Source of the DNA: Edaphobacter aggregans | GTDB lineage: Bacteria > Acidobacteriota > Terriglobia > Terriglobales > Acidobacteriaceae | Length of the DNA stretch: 32,000 bases | Reading direction: 5' to 3' | Assembly: GCF_003945235.1 (NCBI RefSeq) | Contig: NZ_RSDW01000001.1 | Location: forward strand, 4,650,001-4,682,000 | Part shown: positions 1 through 8,258 of the stretch, piece by piece | Position numbering within the stretch: position 1 is the stretch's first letter | How the letters are laid out: every line of letters begins with the position of its first letter | The notes under the pieces: generated by a model | What the model was told of the DNA's origin: nothing | Database searches by the model: none | Seen by the model: only the letters and a program-made list of their open reading frames with translations | Program-made: the position numbers and the translations under genes

Positions 1-829
1 TGTCGTCCTGCTTGTCGCGGCCTACCTGGCCGAGGCGTGGCTGGAAGCCTTCGGTGACTGTGGCGATGTCGCGAACGGTGATGGGCGTGCCGTTCTTTTC
101 GGCGACGACGATGGAGCCGATGTCGTCGGTGTTATGGACCTGTCCGAGGGCGCGGACGTTGACATTTTGATTGCCTAGCTGGAGGTAGTTGCCGCCGGCG
201 TTGGCGTTGGAGGACTGGATGGCGTTGAGGACCTGCGGGAGGGTGACGCCGTAGCTGATGAGCTTGTTGGGGTCGGTCTCTACCTGATACTGGCGAGTGG
301 TGCCGCCGAAGGTGGTGATGTCGATGATGCCGGGGACTTGCTTGAGTTCCCGGCGGACGAGCCAGTCCTGGGTGGCCTTGATCTCGTTGAGGGTGTAGCC
401 GGGGCCGACGAGTTGGTAACGATAGATTTCGCCGATCGGCGACCACGGTGAGAGTTGCGGCTGGAGGTTGTTGGGCAGGCTCAGGGTCTGGAGGCGATTG
501 AGGACCTCTTGACGGTCGCGGAAGTAGTCGCTGTCGAAGCTGAAGTAGAGCTTGACGTCGGAGAGGCCGAAGATGGAGATGGAACGAACCTGATCGAGGT
601 GTGGGGTGCCGTTGAGCGTGGTTTCGACGGGCACGGTGACTTGTTGCTCCATCTCTTCGGCGGACCATGAGGGATTCTGGGTGATGATTTCGACGAGCGG
701 TGGCGAGGGGTCGGGGTAGGCTTCGATGTCGAGGCGCGTGAGGGCGAATGCGCCGATTGCGAGCATGACGGCGAAGATGATCAGGACGATGGCGCGGTAG
801 CGGATGAAGAGGCGAATGAGTGATTGCAC
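1..829 (-). CDS. Heavy-metal/cation efflux RND permease (CzcA/CusA-like), N-terminal 276 codons; gene continues past the left window edge
   Basis: Absent from the ORF track because it runs off the window. Hand translation of the minus strand from GTG at 829 gives VQSLIRLFIRYRAIVLIIFAVMLAIGAFALTRLDIEAYPDPSPPLVEIITQNPSWSAEEMEQQVTVPVETTLNGTPHLDQVRSISIFGLSDVKLYF..., open to position 1. TM1 followed by EAYPD.SPP.V.I.T...G.S.EE.E..VT.P.E is the typical N-terminus of HME-RND pumps. It starts 2 nt after the adaptor gene stop. Confidence 0.85.
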   Translation of the reverse strand, partial: MQSLIRLFIRYRAIVLIIFAVMLAIGAFALTRLDIEAYPDPSPPLVEIITQNPSWSAEEMEQQVTVPVETTLNGTPHLDQVRSISIFGLSDVKLYFSFDSDYFRDRQEVLNRLQTLSLPNNLQPQLSPWSPIGEIYRYQLVGPGYTLNEIKATQDWLVRRELKQVPGIIDITTFGGTTRQYQVETDPNKLISYGVTLPQVLNAIQSSNANAGGNYLQLGNQNVNVRALGQVHNTDDIGSIVVAEKNGTPITVRDIATVTEGFQPRLGQVGRDKQDD

Positions 830-831
830 GC

Positions 832-1947
832 TTATTCTCCGCTGGTGGGACGGAGAAGAGCTCCGCCAACTGTGACGACCTTCTCGCCGTCGTTTAGACC
901 GGTGAGGATTTCGATGTTTCTTACGCCGCCTGAGTCGAAGGTGCGTCCGATGGTGACGGTGCGCTGATCGAACTTGCCGGAGGCGTTAGGGATGAAGACG
1001 AAGGTTCGGTCGCCCTCGTGGAGCACGGCTGTTGCGGGCAGGATGACGGCGTTCCTGACTGCTCCAGGGATGCGGATGGTGGCGAACATGTCGGTTTTGA
1101 GTGTGTGCCTTGGGTTGGGCAGGACGACGCGCAGCTTGAGAGTGCGGGTGGTGGGATCGAGCGCATCACCAATGTTGTCGATGTGGCCGGTGAGTTTGAG
1201 GTCGGGGAAGGCGTTGATACGAATCTCAACCTGGCGGCCCGGCTTGACGGAGGACAGATCGCGCTCGAAGGCGTCTCCCAGGATCCAGACGGTGTCGATG
1301 TTTGCGATGGTGGCGATGGCGTTGGCGTTGTCGAGAGAGCGCTGCATCTCGCCGGCGGCGGAGCCGATGTCGAGGACGACGCCGGAGATGGGGGAGCGGA
1401 GGTAGACTTCGTCGGAGACGCCGTCTTCTGCGAAGCCTAGTTCATGGATGCGCTGACGGGCGCGTTCCAGTTCGGAGTGCGCGGCCTGCGCTGTCGCCTC
1501 AAGTTCGTAGTAATCGGCCTGCGAGAGGACGTCGTGCTGGAGGAGGAGTTTGCCGCGGGTGAGTGCGCGATCGGCGCGGATGACTTCTATTTTGGCTTTC
1601 TCGAAGTCGGAGCGAGCGGCGGCGATGTCGCTGCTTTGAAGCTGCGCGATGACGTCACCTTTCTTGACCTCCTGACCGGGCAGGACGCGGAGGCCGAGCA
1701 TGCGTCCGCTGAGGGGAGGAAAGATGTGGACAACCTTTGAGGGGTCGGCGGAGACACGGGCAGGGACTTCGAGGTAGTCGGTGCTCTGCTGGACGTGGGC
1801 GATGGAAGTCTCGACGCCGACGTTGGAGGGCTGATTTTCGACTGCAGGCGGAGGCGTGGACTTGCACGCTGTGAGCGGCGCGACGATGAGCGAGAGCAGA
1901 AGGAGGGATTCAGTTCGTGGCACGAATGTTTTCATGAGCGCTTTCAT
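832..1947 (-). CDS. Efflux RND periplasmic adaptor (MFP/HlyD family, CzcB-like), probable lipoprotein
   Basis: ORF 832..1998. The preferred start is MKALMKTF at 1947, whose ATG overlaps the TolC-like stop as ATGA. Signal plus lipobox LLLLSLIVAPLTAC. It has a barrel-sandwich/coiled-coil/beta-barrel adaptor-like sequence and sits between OMF and RND genes. Confidence 0.85.
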   Translation of the reverse strand: MKALMKTFVPRTESLLLLSLIVAPLTACKSTPPPAVENQPSNVGVETSIAHVQQSTDYLEVPARVSADPSKVVHIFPPLSGRMLGLRVLPGQEVKKGDVIAQLQSSDIAAARSDFEKAKIEVIRADRALTRGKLLLQHDVLSQADYYELEATAQAAHSELERARQRIHELGFAEDGVSDEVYLRSPISGVVLDIGSAAGEMQRSLDNANAIATIANIDTVWILGDAFERDLSSVKPGRQVEIRINAFPDLKLTGHIDNIGDALDPTTRTLKLRVVLPNPRHTLKTDMFATIRIPGAVRNAVILPATAVLHEGDRTFVFIPNASGKFDQRTVTIGRTFDSGGVRNIEILTGLNDGEKVVTVGGALLRPTSGE

Positions 1948-3221
1948 GGGATGATGTCCGTCGCGGTGGCGAAGCTGAGTTGATGGATAGCGAGCCATAC
2001 CTGGGCGTTGGCGTTGAGGCTGCTGAGGGTAATGGCGCGGTAGTCGCGAAGGGCAGAGAGGTAGTCGAGAAGAGTGGAGTTGCCGTTGCGATAGCTGAAC
2101 TGAAGGTTGTCGCGGACGCGTGCGGCTTCGTCGAGATAGCGAGTGTTGTAACGATGCGCCTGGCGCTGTGCGGTATCGAGCGCGAACCAGGCCTGATCGA
2201 CGTCGGAGACGACCTGGTTGCGGGCGGCGGTGACGGAGGAACGGCTGGACTCGACTTCGTAGCGGGTGCGTTCTTTTTCGCCCTGGTTGCGGTCGAAGAT
2301 GCGGAGGGGGATGGAGAGGCTGAAGCCGACGGTGTTATCGGCGCCGCTGCGTTCGTACTCGGTTGCCAGTGTGGGGTCTGTGGTGCCGCTGGCTATGGCA
2401 AATTTTTCGTTGGCCTCGGCGGCGAGGAGCGCTTGTTTGGCGGCGGTGTAGTCGGGGCGGCCTGCGAGTGCTGTTGTTTCGGCGTCGGCCATGGTGAGAG
2501 GTACAGGCGGAGGATTGAGGGTTCCGGTGATGTCCAGAGTGGGGACGGGGTGATCGGCTCCGAAGAGCAGCTGAAGCTGGGCGCTGGCCTGCTGGAGGTT
2601 CAGGCGGGCGTTGTCGTCGTCGGATTCGAATTGGGCGAGTTGTAGATCGATGCGTTCGAAATCAGTGCGGGTGATGTCTCCGGCGTCGAGACGGGCTTGG
2701 CTGAGGTCTACGGTCTTGCGGTAGTCGGTGAGGTTTTCCTCGGCGACTACGAGAGAGGCCTTGGCGAGCAGCATGTTGGTGAAGGCCTGACGGACGGCGA
2801 GGACGAGCTGGCGTTCCTGATCGTGATACTGACTTTCGGTTTCATCAGCAGTTGCAGATGCACTGTCGAGGCGCCAGCGGCGTTTTTGCCCGCGTTCGAA
2901 GAGACGGGAGACGTTTGCGGAATAGTAGTAGGGGTTGCCGCCGTTGTTGTTGACTTCCGGCAAGGTGACGCCCTGACCGAGCAGTGTGAGAGTTGGATTC
3001 TGACGAAGGCTGGCGGTGATTTTGTTGGCCTGCGTGGCGGAGACGTGCTGGCGGGCGGCGATCAGGCTGGGATTACCGGCGCGGGCACGGTCAACTGCTT
3101 GTTGCAACGTGATGGGAGTGCTTGCGCCGGATGGTTGTGGCGGCTGTGGCGTTTGTGCCATCAGCGCCAGAGGAACCACCGACATGGCTGCGCAGAGTGC
3201 ACGAAGGGCTTTCAGTGTCAT
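1944..3221 (-). CDS. TolC-family outer membrane efflux protein (CzcC-like)
   Basis: 425 aa with signal peptide MTLKALRALCAAMSVVPLALMAQT. Two repeated coiled-coil halves are typical of OMF proteins. It is the first gene of the OMF-MFP-RND operon. Confidence 0.85.
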   Translation of the reverse strand: MTLKALRALCAAMSVVPLALMAQTPQPPQPSGASTPITLQQAVDRARAGNPSLIAARQHVSATQANKITASLRQNPTLTLLGQGVTLPEVNNNGGNPYYYSANVSRLFERGQKRRWRLDSASATADETESQYHDQERQLVLAVRQAFTNMLLAKASLVVAEENLTDYRKTVDLSQARLDAGDITRTDFERIDLQLAQFESDDDNARLNLQQASAQLQLLFGADHPVPTLDITGTLNPPPVPLTMADAETTALAGRPDYTAAKQALLAAEANEKFAIASGTTDPTLATEYERSGADNTVGFSLSIPLRIFDRNQGEKERTRYEVESSRSSVTAARNQVVSDVDQAWFALDTAQRQAHRYNTRYLDEAARVRDNLQFSYRNGNSTLLDYLSALRDYRAITLSSLNANAQVWLAIHQLSFATATDIIP

Positions 3222-3289
3222 GCCTACCTTCAGGTTGAGTCTGGGAGATTGTCTGTAAACGATGGAAGAATGCGATCTTCCGAGTGGAA

Positions 3290-3703
3290 CTAAGCGGCGA
3301 GGGATATCGCGGGAGGCGGCCGAACGCCGGAGGCCCGTACAAAACCAGCGAGAAGCTTCGCCGCAAAGGCGGAGGGGCGAACTCGGGTGAAACAGGTGCC
3401 GGAGAAGGCGATGCCGATCATGGCCATGGTCATGAGGACGATAGCGTCGAGGAGGGCGATGGAGGCGGTCTGCGAAGTGGGTGCTTCGTAGCGTCGCATG
3501 GTGTGCTCTACTTCGGCGGCCGTATTAATTGCGGCGAGGTCGTCCGTGATGGAGATGACGGGGAAGAGAAGCATAAGAAGAAGCAGGAGCGCGATCACTG
3601 TGCTCCACTCTAACTTCTTACGGGCTTGACTCTCCGACCGCATCCACACGATGGCAAGAAGAAGGGAGACAGACAGCCACACGAGATTGAGAAAAATCTC
3701 CAC
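3290..3703 (-). CDS. Hypothetical small membrane protein upstream of the efflux operon
   Basis: 137-aa ORF with 3-4 clearly hydrophobic segments (LVWLSVSLLLAIVW, VIALLLLLMLLFPVISI, ALLDAIVLMTMAMIGIAF). No recognisable family. Coding status is inferred from hydrophobic periodicity only. Confidence 0.4.
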   Translation of the reverse strand: MEIFLNLVWLSVSLLLAIVWMRSESQARKKLEWSTVIALLLLLMLLFPVISITDDLAAINTAAEVEHTMRRYEAPTSQTASIALLDAIVLMTMAMIGIAFSGTCFTRVRPSAFAAKLLAGFVRASGVRPPPAISLAA

Positions 3704-3822
3704 GTCGTCCCAGTATAGTGCAGAGGTAAATCTGCCCGACCCGCAGATTTGAAAGAGTGTATTTACGCGAAGACGTGGATTGAACAGAGTGGGCCGGTTT
3801 GTGTCTCCGGCCCGACCCGGAC

Positions 3823-4164
3823 TTACATGGCGGGAGGGTGGTGGGGATCGATGTGGTCCGCATTGACTTTGGCAGACTTTGCAGCGCCGGACGGATTTAC
3901 CGAGTCGCGGAGCTCTTTGGATGGTTTGAAGAAAGGGACGCGTTTTGCCGGCACATCGACTTTGGCTCCGGTCTTGGGGTTGCGGCCCGTGCGCGCGTTG
4001 CGCTGGCGCGTACGGAAGCTACCGAAGCCACGAATCTCAATCTTGTCGCCGGATTTGAGCGCACCGATGACAGCTTCGAAGAGAGTATCGACGATAACTT
4101 CGCCGTCACGGCGCGTGAGATCGCCCAAGGCGGTGACTTTGTCGACGAGATCAGCTTTGGTCAT
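3823..4164 (-). CDS. HU/IHF-family DNA-binding protein with C-terminal extension
   Basis: The sequence MTKADLVDKV...IEIRGFGSFRTRQRNARTGRNPKTGAKVDVPAKRVPFFKPSKELR matches the canonical GFG.F..R.R.AR.GRNP.TG beta-arm motif. Confidence 0.85.
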   Translation of the reverse strand: MTKADLVDKVTALGDLTRRDGEVIVDTLFEAVIGALKSGDKIEIRGFGSFRTRQRNARTGRNPKTGAKVDVPAKRVPFFKPSKELRDSVNPSGAAKSAKVNADHIDPHHPPAM

Positions 4165-4415
4165 GAGTGGGATCCTTTCGTGCTTAGGGAGGGCGATAAG
4201 GGTCGCATCGAAACTATTCCGTTGTTATTGATTGTAAACGGGATGAGCGCGTACGGGGGAACAAAAAGCGAGGGTGACCAAAGAAGGAACATAAGTGGAA
4301 TGAGATGCATAAAAGGGGAGTGGCGTGTCGTCGGAAAGAAAAAAGACCCCGACTTTTTGCTGGGGCCTGTTATTTTTCTTTTTTGTGGGGTTAGTAAGTG
4401 CCGAAGGGTCGTGGC

Positions 4416-5516
4416 TTACTTCCACATGTAATAGAAGCCGGGAGCGTGATTGAGCAGCTGGCTGGGGTTGGGGAAGAGATCTTCACCGTCGTCCGTGAGA
4501 ATGGCAAGCAGGCCACGTCTGTTTCTTGCCGGACGGACGATTGAGGGCTCTCCTGAGATTCCGGCGTCGCGGGCAGTGTCGATCAGAGCTGTGCGGAAGC
4601 CGCCTACTTTGTCGATGAGGCCTAAGGGGAGAGACTGCTGGCCTGTCCATACCTGGCCAGTGGCGAGAGGCTTGATCTTGTCCTCGGTAGTGTGGCGACC
4701 GACGGCTACATCGTGGACGAATTGGGTGTACATATTATCGACCAACGACTGGAAGTAGGCCTGCTCTTTGGGAGTGAGGTCACGGCTGGGGTCGCCCGCG
4801 GACTTGAGTTCGCCAGCGGTGATGGTGACGTTTTTGAGTTTGGCCCAGCGCAGCAGCTCACCGTAGTTGGTCCATTCCATGATGACGCCGATCGAACCCA
4901 CGACGGAGGCGTTGTTGGCATAGATTTTGTCGCAGGCGCTGGCAATGTAGTAGGCCCCTGAGGCACCTACAGATTCGACTGAGGCGACGACCTTTTTGTG
5001 CTTCTCTTTGCGGACGCGGAGAACCTCGTTGTATATCTCCTGCGATGCAGCGGCGCCGCCTCCGGGGGAGTTGATGTGCAGGATGATGGCTTTGACGGAG
5101 GAGTCGTCGCCGAATTTGCGGAGCTGGCTGTTGAGGGTCTCGGCGGAGAGAATGACACCGTCGACGTCGATGACGCCGATCTGATTGCCCAGGCCGAGGG
5201 CGGCGGAGCGCATGGTGGTCCAAATCATCAGGCTCATTACAAGGCAGATTGCGGCAAAAGAGCCTCCGATTACGGCGACGTAGAACCAGGGAGAGCGACG
5301 GGGCGGTGGCGGCCCGTAAGGTGATGGAGGATAGGCCTGAGGGTATCTCGCAGAATAGTTCTGCGGTGCGGCGTAGGTTCGCGCGTAGGAAGGGGGTGGT
5401 GGCGGGGGCGCCTGCGGTGGGGTCGGGGATTGGAAGTCTTCCGGCATGGTGTGAAGTTTAGCAGGTGGGGATCTTGTGGCGTGATTCGTAGAGGGCAGGA
5501 AGGGCTGTATGGACAC
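4416..5516 (-). CDS. sppA: Signal peptide peptidase SppA (S49 family, 36K type) with Pro/Tyr-rich N-terminal extension
   Basis: IILHINSPGGGAAASQEI...VVASVESVGASGAYYIASACDKIYA...GSIGV is the S49 serine/lysine protease core. One TM (WFYVAVIGGSFAAICLVMSLMIW) follows a PPPPPPSY-rich N-terminus. Confidence 0.85.
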   Translation of the reverse strand: MSIQPFLPSTNHATRSPPAKLHTMPEDFQSPTPPQAPPPPPPSYARTYAAPQNYSARYPQAYPPSPYGPPPPRRSPWFYVAVIGGSFAAICLVMSLMIWTTMRSAALGLGNQIGVIDVDGVILSAETLNSQLRKFGDDSSVKAIILHINSPGGGAAASQEIYNEVLRVRKEKHKKVVASVESVGASGAYYIASACDKIYANNASVVGSIGVIMEWTNYGELLRWAKLKNVTITAGELKSAGDPSRDLTPKEQAYFQSLVDNMYTQFVHDVAVGRHTTEDKIKPLATGQVWTGQQSLPLGLIDKVGGFRTALIDTARDAGISGEPSIVRPARNRRGLLAILTDDGEDLFPNPSQLLNHAPGFYYMWK

Positions 5517-5660
5517 AGATTAAGCAGATTTTGTGGATATCTTGCGACTGAATAGGTTGCACGTACGTCAAATTATTGCGATATGATGAACGGCGGTACT
5601 TTTTTCTCCCATCTACCAGCATATTGACTCTCAAGCTGATTCGGCAAAGGTTGGCGTTTC

Positions 5661-6497
5661 ATGGCACACCCGCGGTTAAGTATTGTTATTCCAGCGTTTA
5701 ACGAAAGCGCCCGGATAGAGGACGCACTGGAGCGGGTGATGTCTTGCGTCGCTGAACGTGGGTGGGATGCCGAGGTTGTGGTCGTCGATGACGGTTCCAA
5801 GGACGATACTGCAGCGATTGTTCACCGTTGGATGGAGCACCATCCGCGTTTGCATCTGGTGCAGAATCCTGGAAATAAGGGTAAGGGTTACTCGGTTCGG
5901 AACGGTCTGCTGCAGGCGGCTGGCGATATTGTCATGTTTACCGATGCGGACCTGTCGGCCCCGATGGAAGAGGCGGAGCGCCTGATCGCAGCGATTGAGG
6001 ATGGTGCGGACGTTGCGATTGGCTCGCGGTGGATGGACCGGACGCGTCAGACAATCCATCAGCCGCTGTACCGACAGTTCTTCGGACGGTGTTTCAACTG
6101 GATTACCCGGACGGTGATGGGGCTACCGTTCAAGGACACGCAATGCGGGTTCAAGGCGTTTAAGCGGTCGGCTGCGCAGGTGATCTTCCGGCTGCAGACT
6201 ATCGAGCGCTGGGGGTTCGATCCGGAGATCCTGTTTATTGCGCGGAAGCTGAAGCATGTGATTCGTGAGGTTCCGGTGACATGGGGGCATGACGAACGCA
6301 GCAGAATGAGCTATTTGAAAGACGGCATGAAGATGCTGGAAGACATGGCAAGGATCCGTGCGAACTCGCTGGCTGGCCGTTATGACGAAGCAATTGCTGC
6401 GATGAAAGACACCAGCACGATGGTGACTCCGCAGGTGGCGAAGGTCGGGGCGAATGTGGCCCAGGTCGCCAAGATGGGCGCTGAGGTACGACAGTAG
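5661..6497 (+). CDS. Family 2 glycosyltransferase (polyprenyl/dolichyl-phosphate sugar transferase-like)
   Basis: LSIVIPAFNE...VVVVDDGSKDDT...VMFTDADLS...IGSR are GT-A fold GT2 motifs, including the DxD-type TDAD. Confidence 0.85.
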   Translation: MAHPRLSIVIPAFNESARIEDALERVMSCVAERGWDAEVVVVDDGSKDDTAAIVHRWMEHHPRLHLVQNPGNKGKGYSVRNGLLQAAGDIVMFTDADLSAPMEEAERLIAAIEDGADVAIGSRWMDRTRQTIHQPLYRQFFGRCFNWITRTVMGLPFKDTQCGFKAFKRSAAQVIFRLQTIERWGFDPEILFIARKLKHVIREVPVTWGHDERSRMSYLKDGMKMLEDMARIRANSLAGRYDEAIAAMKDTSTMVTPQVAKVGANVAQVAKMGAEVRQ

Positions 6498-6628
6498 AGC
6501 GCATTGCCGGTTGCGGATATTCTTCTGAATCATTCCTAAGTTTGGCGTAGGGCGGTCTCGCCGTTGGGCGGTGCTGCGTGAAACAATACCTCTGGCCGTC
6601 TTGATGGCGGAGATAGGGGTATTGTTCT

Positions 6629-7558
6629 TTGTTGCGTTCATTGTTCATTGCTCTCTCTCAAAATAGAAAGTTGCGATCGTTCTCGGAGCGGTCGGCGGTT
6701 GGACGGCAGTTATCGGGGCGGTTCGTCGCTGGGATGTCGGTGGAGGACGCACTGGGTGCGTGTGAGCGGGTGAACCGTGAAGGGATTGCGGTGAGCCTGG
6801 ATTCGCTGGGTGAGAGCGTGCGGGAGGAGTCGGAGGCTCGGGCTTCGGCAGAGATTTATCACCGGTTGCTGGATGCGATTGCGGAACGTGGGTTGAAGGC
6901 GAATGTCAGCGTGAAGTTGTCGCAGGTAGGGATGGATTTTGATCCGGCGCTGGCGGAGAGGATCGTCGGCGAGATGGTGGAGCATGCCGATCAGGCGAAT
7001 TCGTTTGTGCGGATCGATATGGAGGGGTCTCCGTATACCGAGGCGACGATTGCGATGACGGAGCGGCTGGCGGCGCGCTTTCCAGGGCGCGTGGGGACGG
7101 TGCTGCAGGCTTATTTGTTCCGGACTGAGGGCGATGCGGAGCGGTTGCTGGGGCAGGGAATTCGCATTCGGCTGTGCAAGGGTGCGTATAAGGAGGGGCC
7201 GGAGATCGCCTTTCCTGCCAAGGTGGATGTGGATGCGAACTACGTCAAGCTGATGAAGCGGCTGGCCACGTTTTCAAAGAACGGTACGGGTGTCTTTTGC
7301 GGGATTGCTACGCATGATGAGGTGATCGTGGATCAGATGCGGGAGTTCGTGCGAGAGCATCGGGTTCCGAAGAGCGCGTTCGAGTTTCAGATGTTGTATG
7401 GCGTGCGGCGTGACCTGCAGCGGCGGCTGGCGGCTGAGGGGTACGGAGTTCGGGTCTATATTCCGTTTGGGCCGGAGTGGTATCCGTACTTTATGCGGCG
7501 ACTGGCGGAGCGTCCGGCGAATGTGCTGTTTCTGGCTAAGAACTTCTTCAAGAACTAG
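6629..7558 (+). CDS. Proline dehydrogenase (monofunctional PRODH family)
   Basis: RFVAG.SVEDAL...REGIAVSLDSLGE...VSVKLSQVG...VRIDMEGS...QAYL.RTE...IRLCKGAY...ATHD...FEFQMLYGVR...YIPFG.EWYPYFMRRLAERPANV is a typical PRODH barrel motif series. The start is TTG at 6629 and is uncertain by a few codons. Confidence 0.85.
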   Translation: MLRSLFIALSQNRKLRSFSERSAVGRQLSGRFVAGMSVEDALGACERVNREGIAVSLDSLGESVREESEARASAEIYHRLLDAIAERGLKANVSVKLSQVGMDFDPALAERIVGEMVEHADQANSFVRIDMEGSPYTEATIAMTERLAARFPGRVGTVLQAYLFRTEGDAERLLGQGIRIRLCKGAYKEGPEIAFPAKVDVDANYVKLMKRLATFSKNGTGVFCGIATHDEVIVDQMREFVREHRVPKSAFEFQMLYGVRRDLQRRLAAEGYGVRVYIPFGPEWYPYFMRRLAERPANVLFLAKNFFKN

Positions 7559-7683
7559 GTACTCCCATCTCGGGTATTTTCGGCGTAAGTATTGAATAAA
7601 AAAGGTTTGACCTTGGACTTCGTTTTTTGGGGTCTGTAAAGTATTGGTACTGAATAGCTTATTTGTAAATTATTGATTCTAAA

Positions 7684-7715
7684 AGGAAGGCCTCGAGTAG
7701 TTCCGAGGCCTTCCT
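7684..7715. terminator. Strong GC-rich hairpin in an AT-rich spacer (11-bp stem GGAAGGCCTCG / CGAGGCCTTCC, 8-nt loop)
   Basis: Seen directly. On the plus strand it lies ~125 nt after the PRODH stop, followed by a T-interspersed tract. On the minus strand it is followed by TTTTAG. It could terminate either strand. Confidence 0.5.
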
Positions 7716-7916
7716 GTCTATCTGTTAATGATAGAGAATTGAGTGGAATTATCTATCACGCGAATCTTTTTGATTGGCGCGGGGATCTGCGGCTTGGGGC
7801 TGACAGGATTTTTCAGGGTGATTTTCACAAGTGAGCCCAACAGATTCCAAGCTGGATGCTCTCCTTGACGGCTTAGGGGAGATGGCTCTAGACTCCTAAT
7901 CATCTTAGGGGGGCGA

Positions 7917-8258
7917 TTGACTAACCAAGCCCAGCTTCTTCCAGGCACTCTTGACTTACTTGTTCTGAAGGCTGTCTCTCTCGGCCCTCTCCATGGCTAC
8001 GGAGTTCTTTTGCGCATCGAGCAAATCTCTGGGCGCGCACTGCTCATAGAACAGGGTGCCCTGTATCCCGCATTGTTTCGGCTGGTGCGTCAAGGACTTC
8101 TGACGGCGAGTTGGGGCACTTCGCAGAACAATCGTCGAGCCAAGTTTTACGAACTCACATCTGCGGGGCGCAAGAGGCTAGACGAGGAGGCAGCGGGTTG
8201 GAATCGGCTGGCTGCTGCTGTTGCCTCCGCTCTCGCTGCGCTACCGGAGGAGATATGA
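7917..8258 (+). CDS. PadR-family transcriptional regulator
   Basis: [77 protein letters not shown] is a canonical PadR winged helix. TTG start. The stop overlaps the permease ATG as ATGA. Confidence 0.9.
   Translation: MTNQAQLLPGTLDLLVLKAVSLGPLHGYGVLLRIEQISGRALLIEQGALYPALFRLVRQGLLTASWGTSQNNRRAKFYELTSAGRKRLDEEAAGWNRLAAAVASALAALPEEI

Noticed and set aside
132-869. 245-aa minus-strand ORF, plus many other 60-220-aa ORFs listed inside or antisense to the large GC-rich genes (e.g. 1980..2645, 2697..3293, 8702..9448, 11671..12318, 14403..14999, 30048..30680).
   Set aside because: They are Arg/Pro/Gly/Ala-rich, lack hydrophobic cores or motifs, and overlap well-supported genes in other frames. These are typical high-GC frame artefacts. 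The real gene at 1-829 is in a different frame (CzcA-like).
4330-4415. A/T-run-rich segment with partial hairpins just downstream of the sppA stop, considered as a terminator.
   Set aside because: The stems are short and imperfect, and the U-tract is on the wrong side for the minus-strand gene. It is more likely promoter or curved DNA upstream of the HU/IHF gene.
8111-8254. 48-codon N-terminal extension of the permease ORF ([10 protein letters not shown]...[14 protein letters not shown]).
   Set aside because: It lies entirely inside the PadR coding region in another frame and is Cys/Arg-rich. The ATG at 8255 gives the conserved MKLL.YLRS... permease N-terminus and an ATGA overlap with the padR stop.
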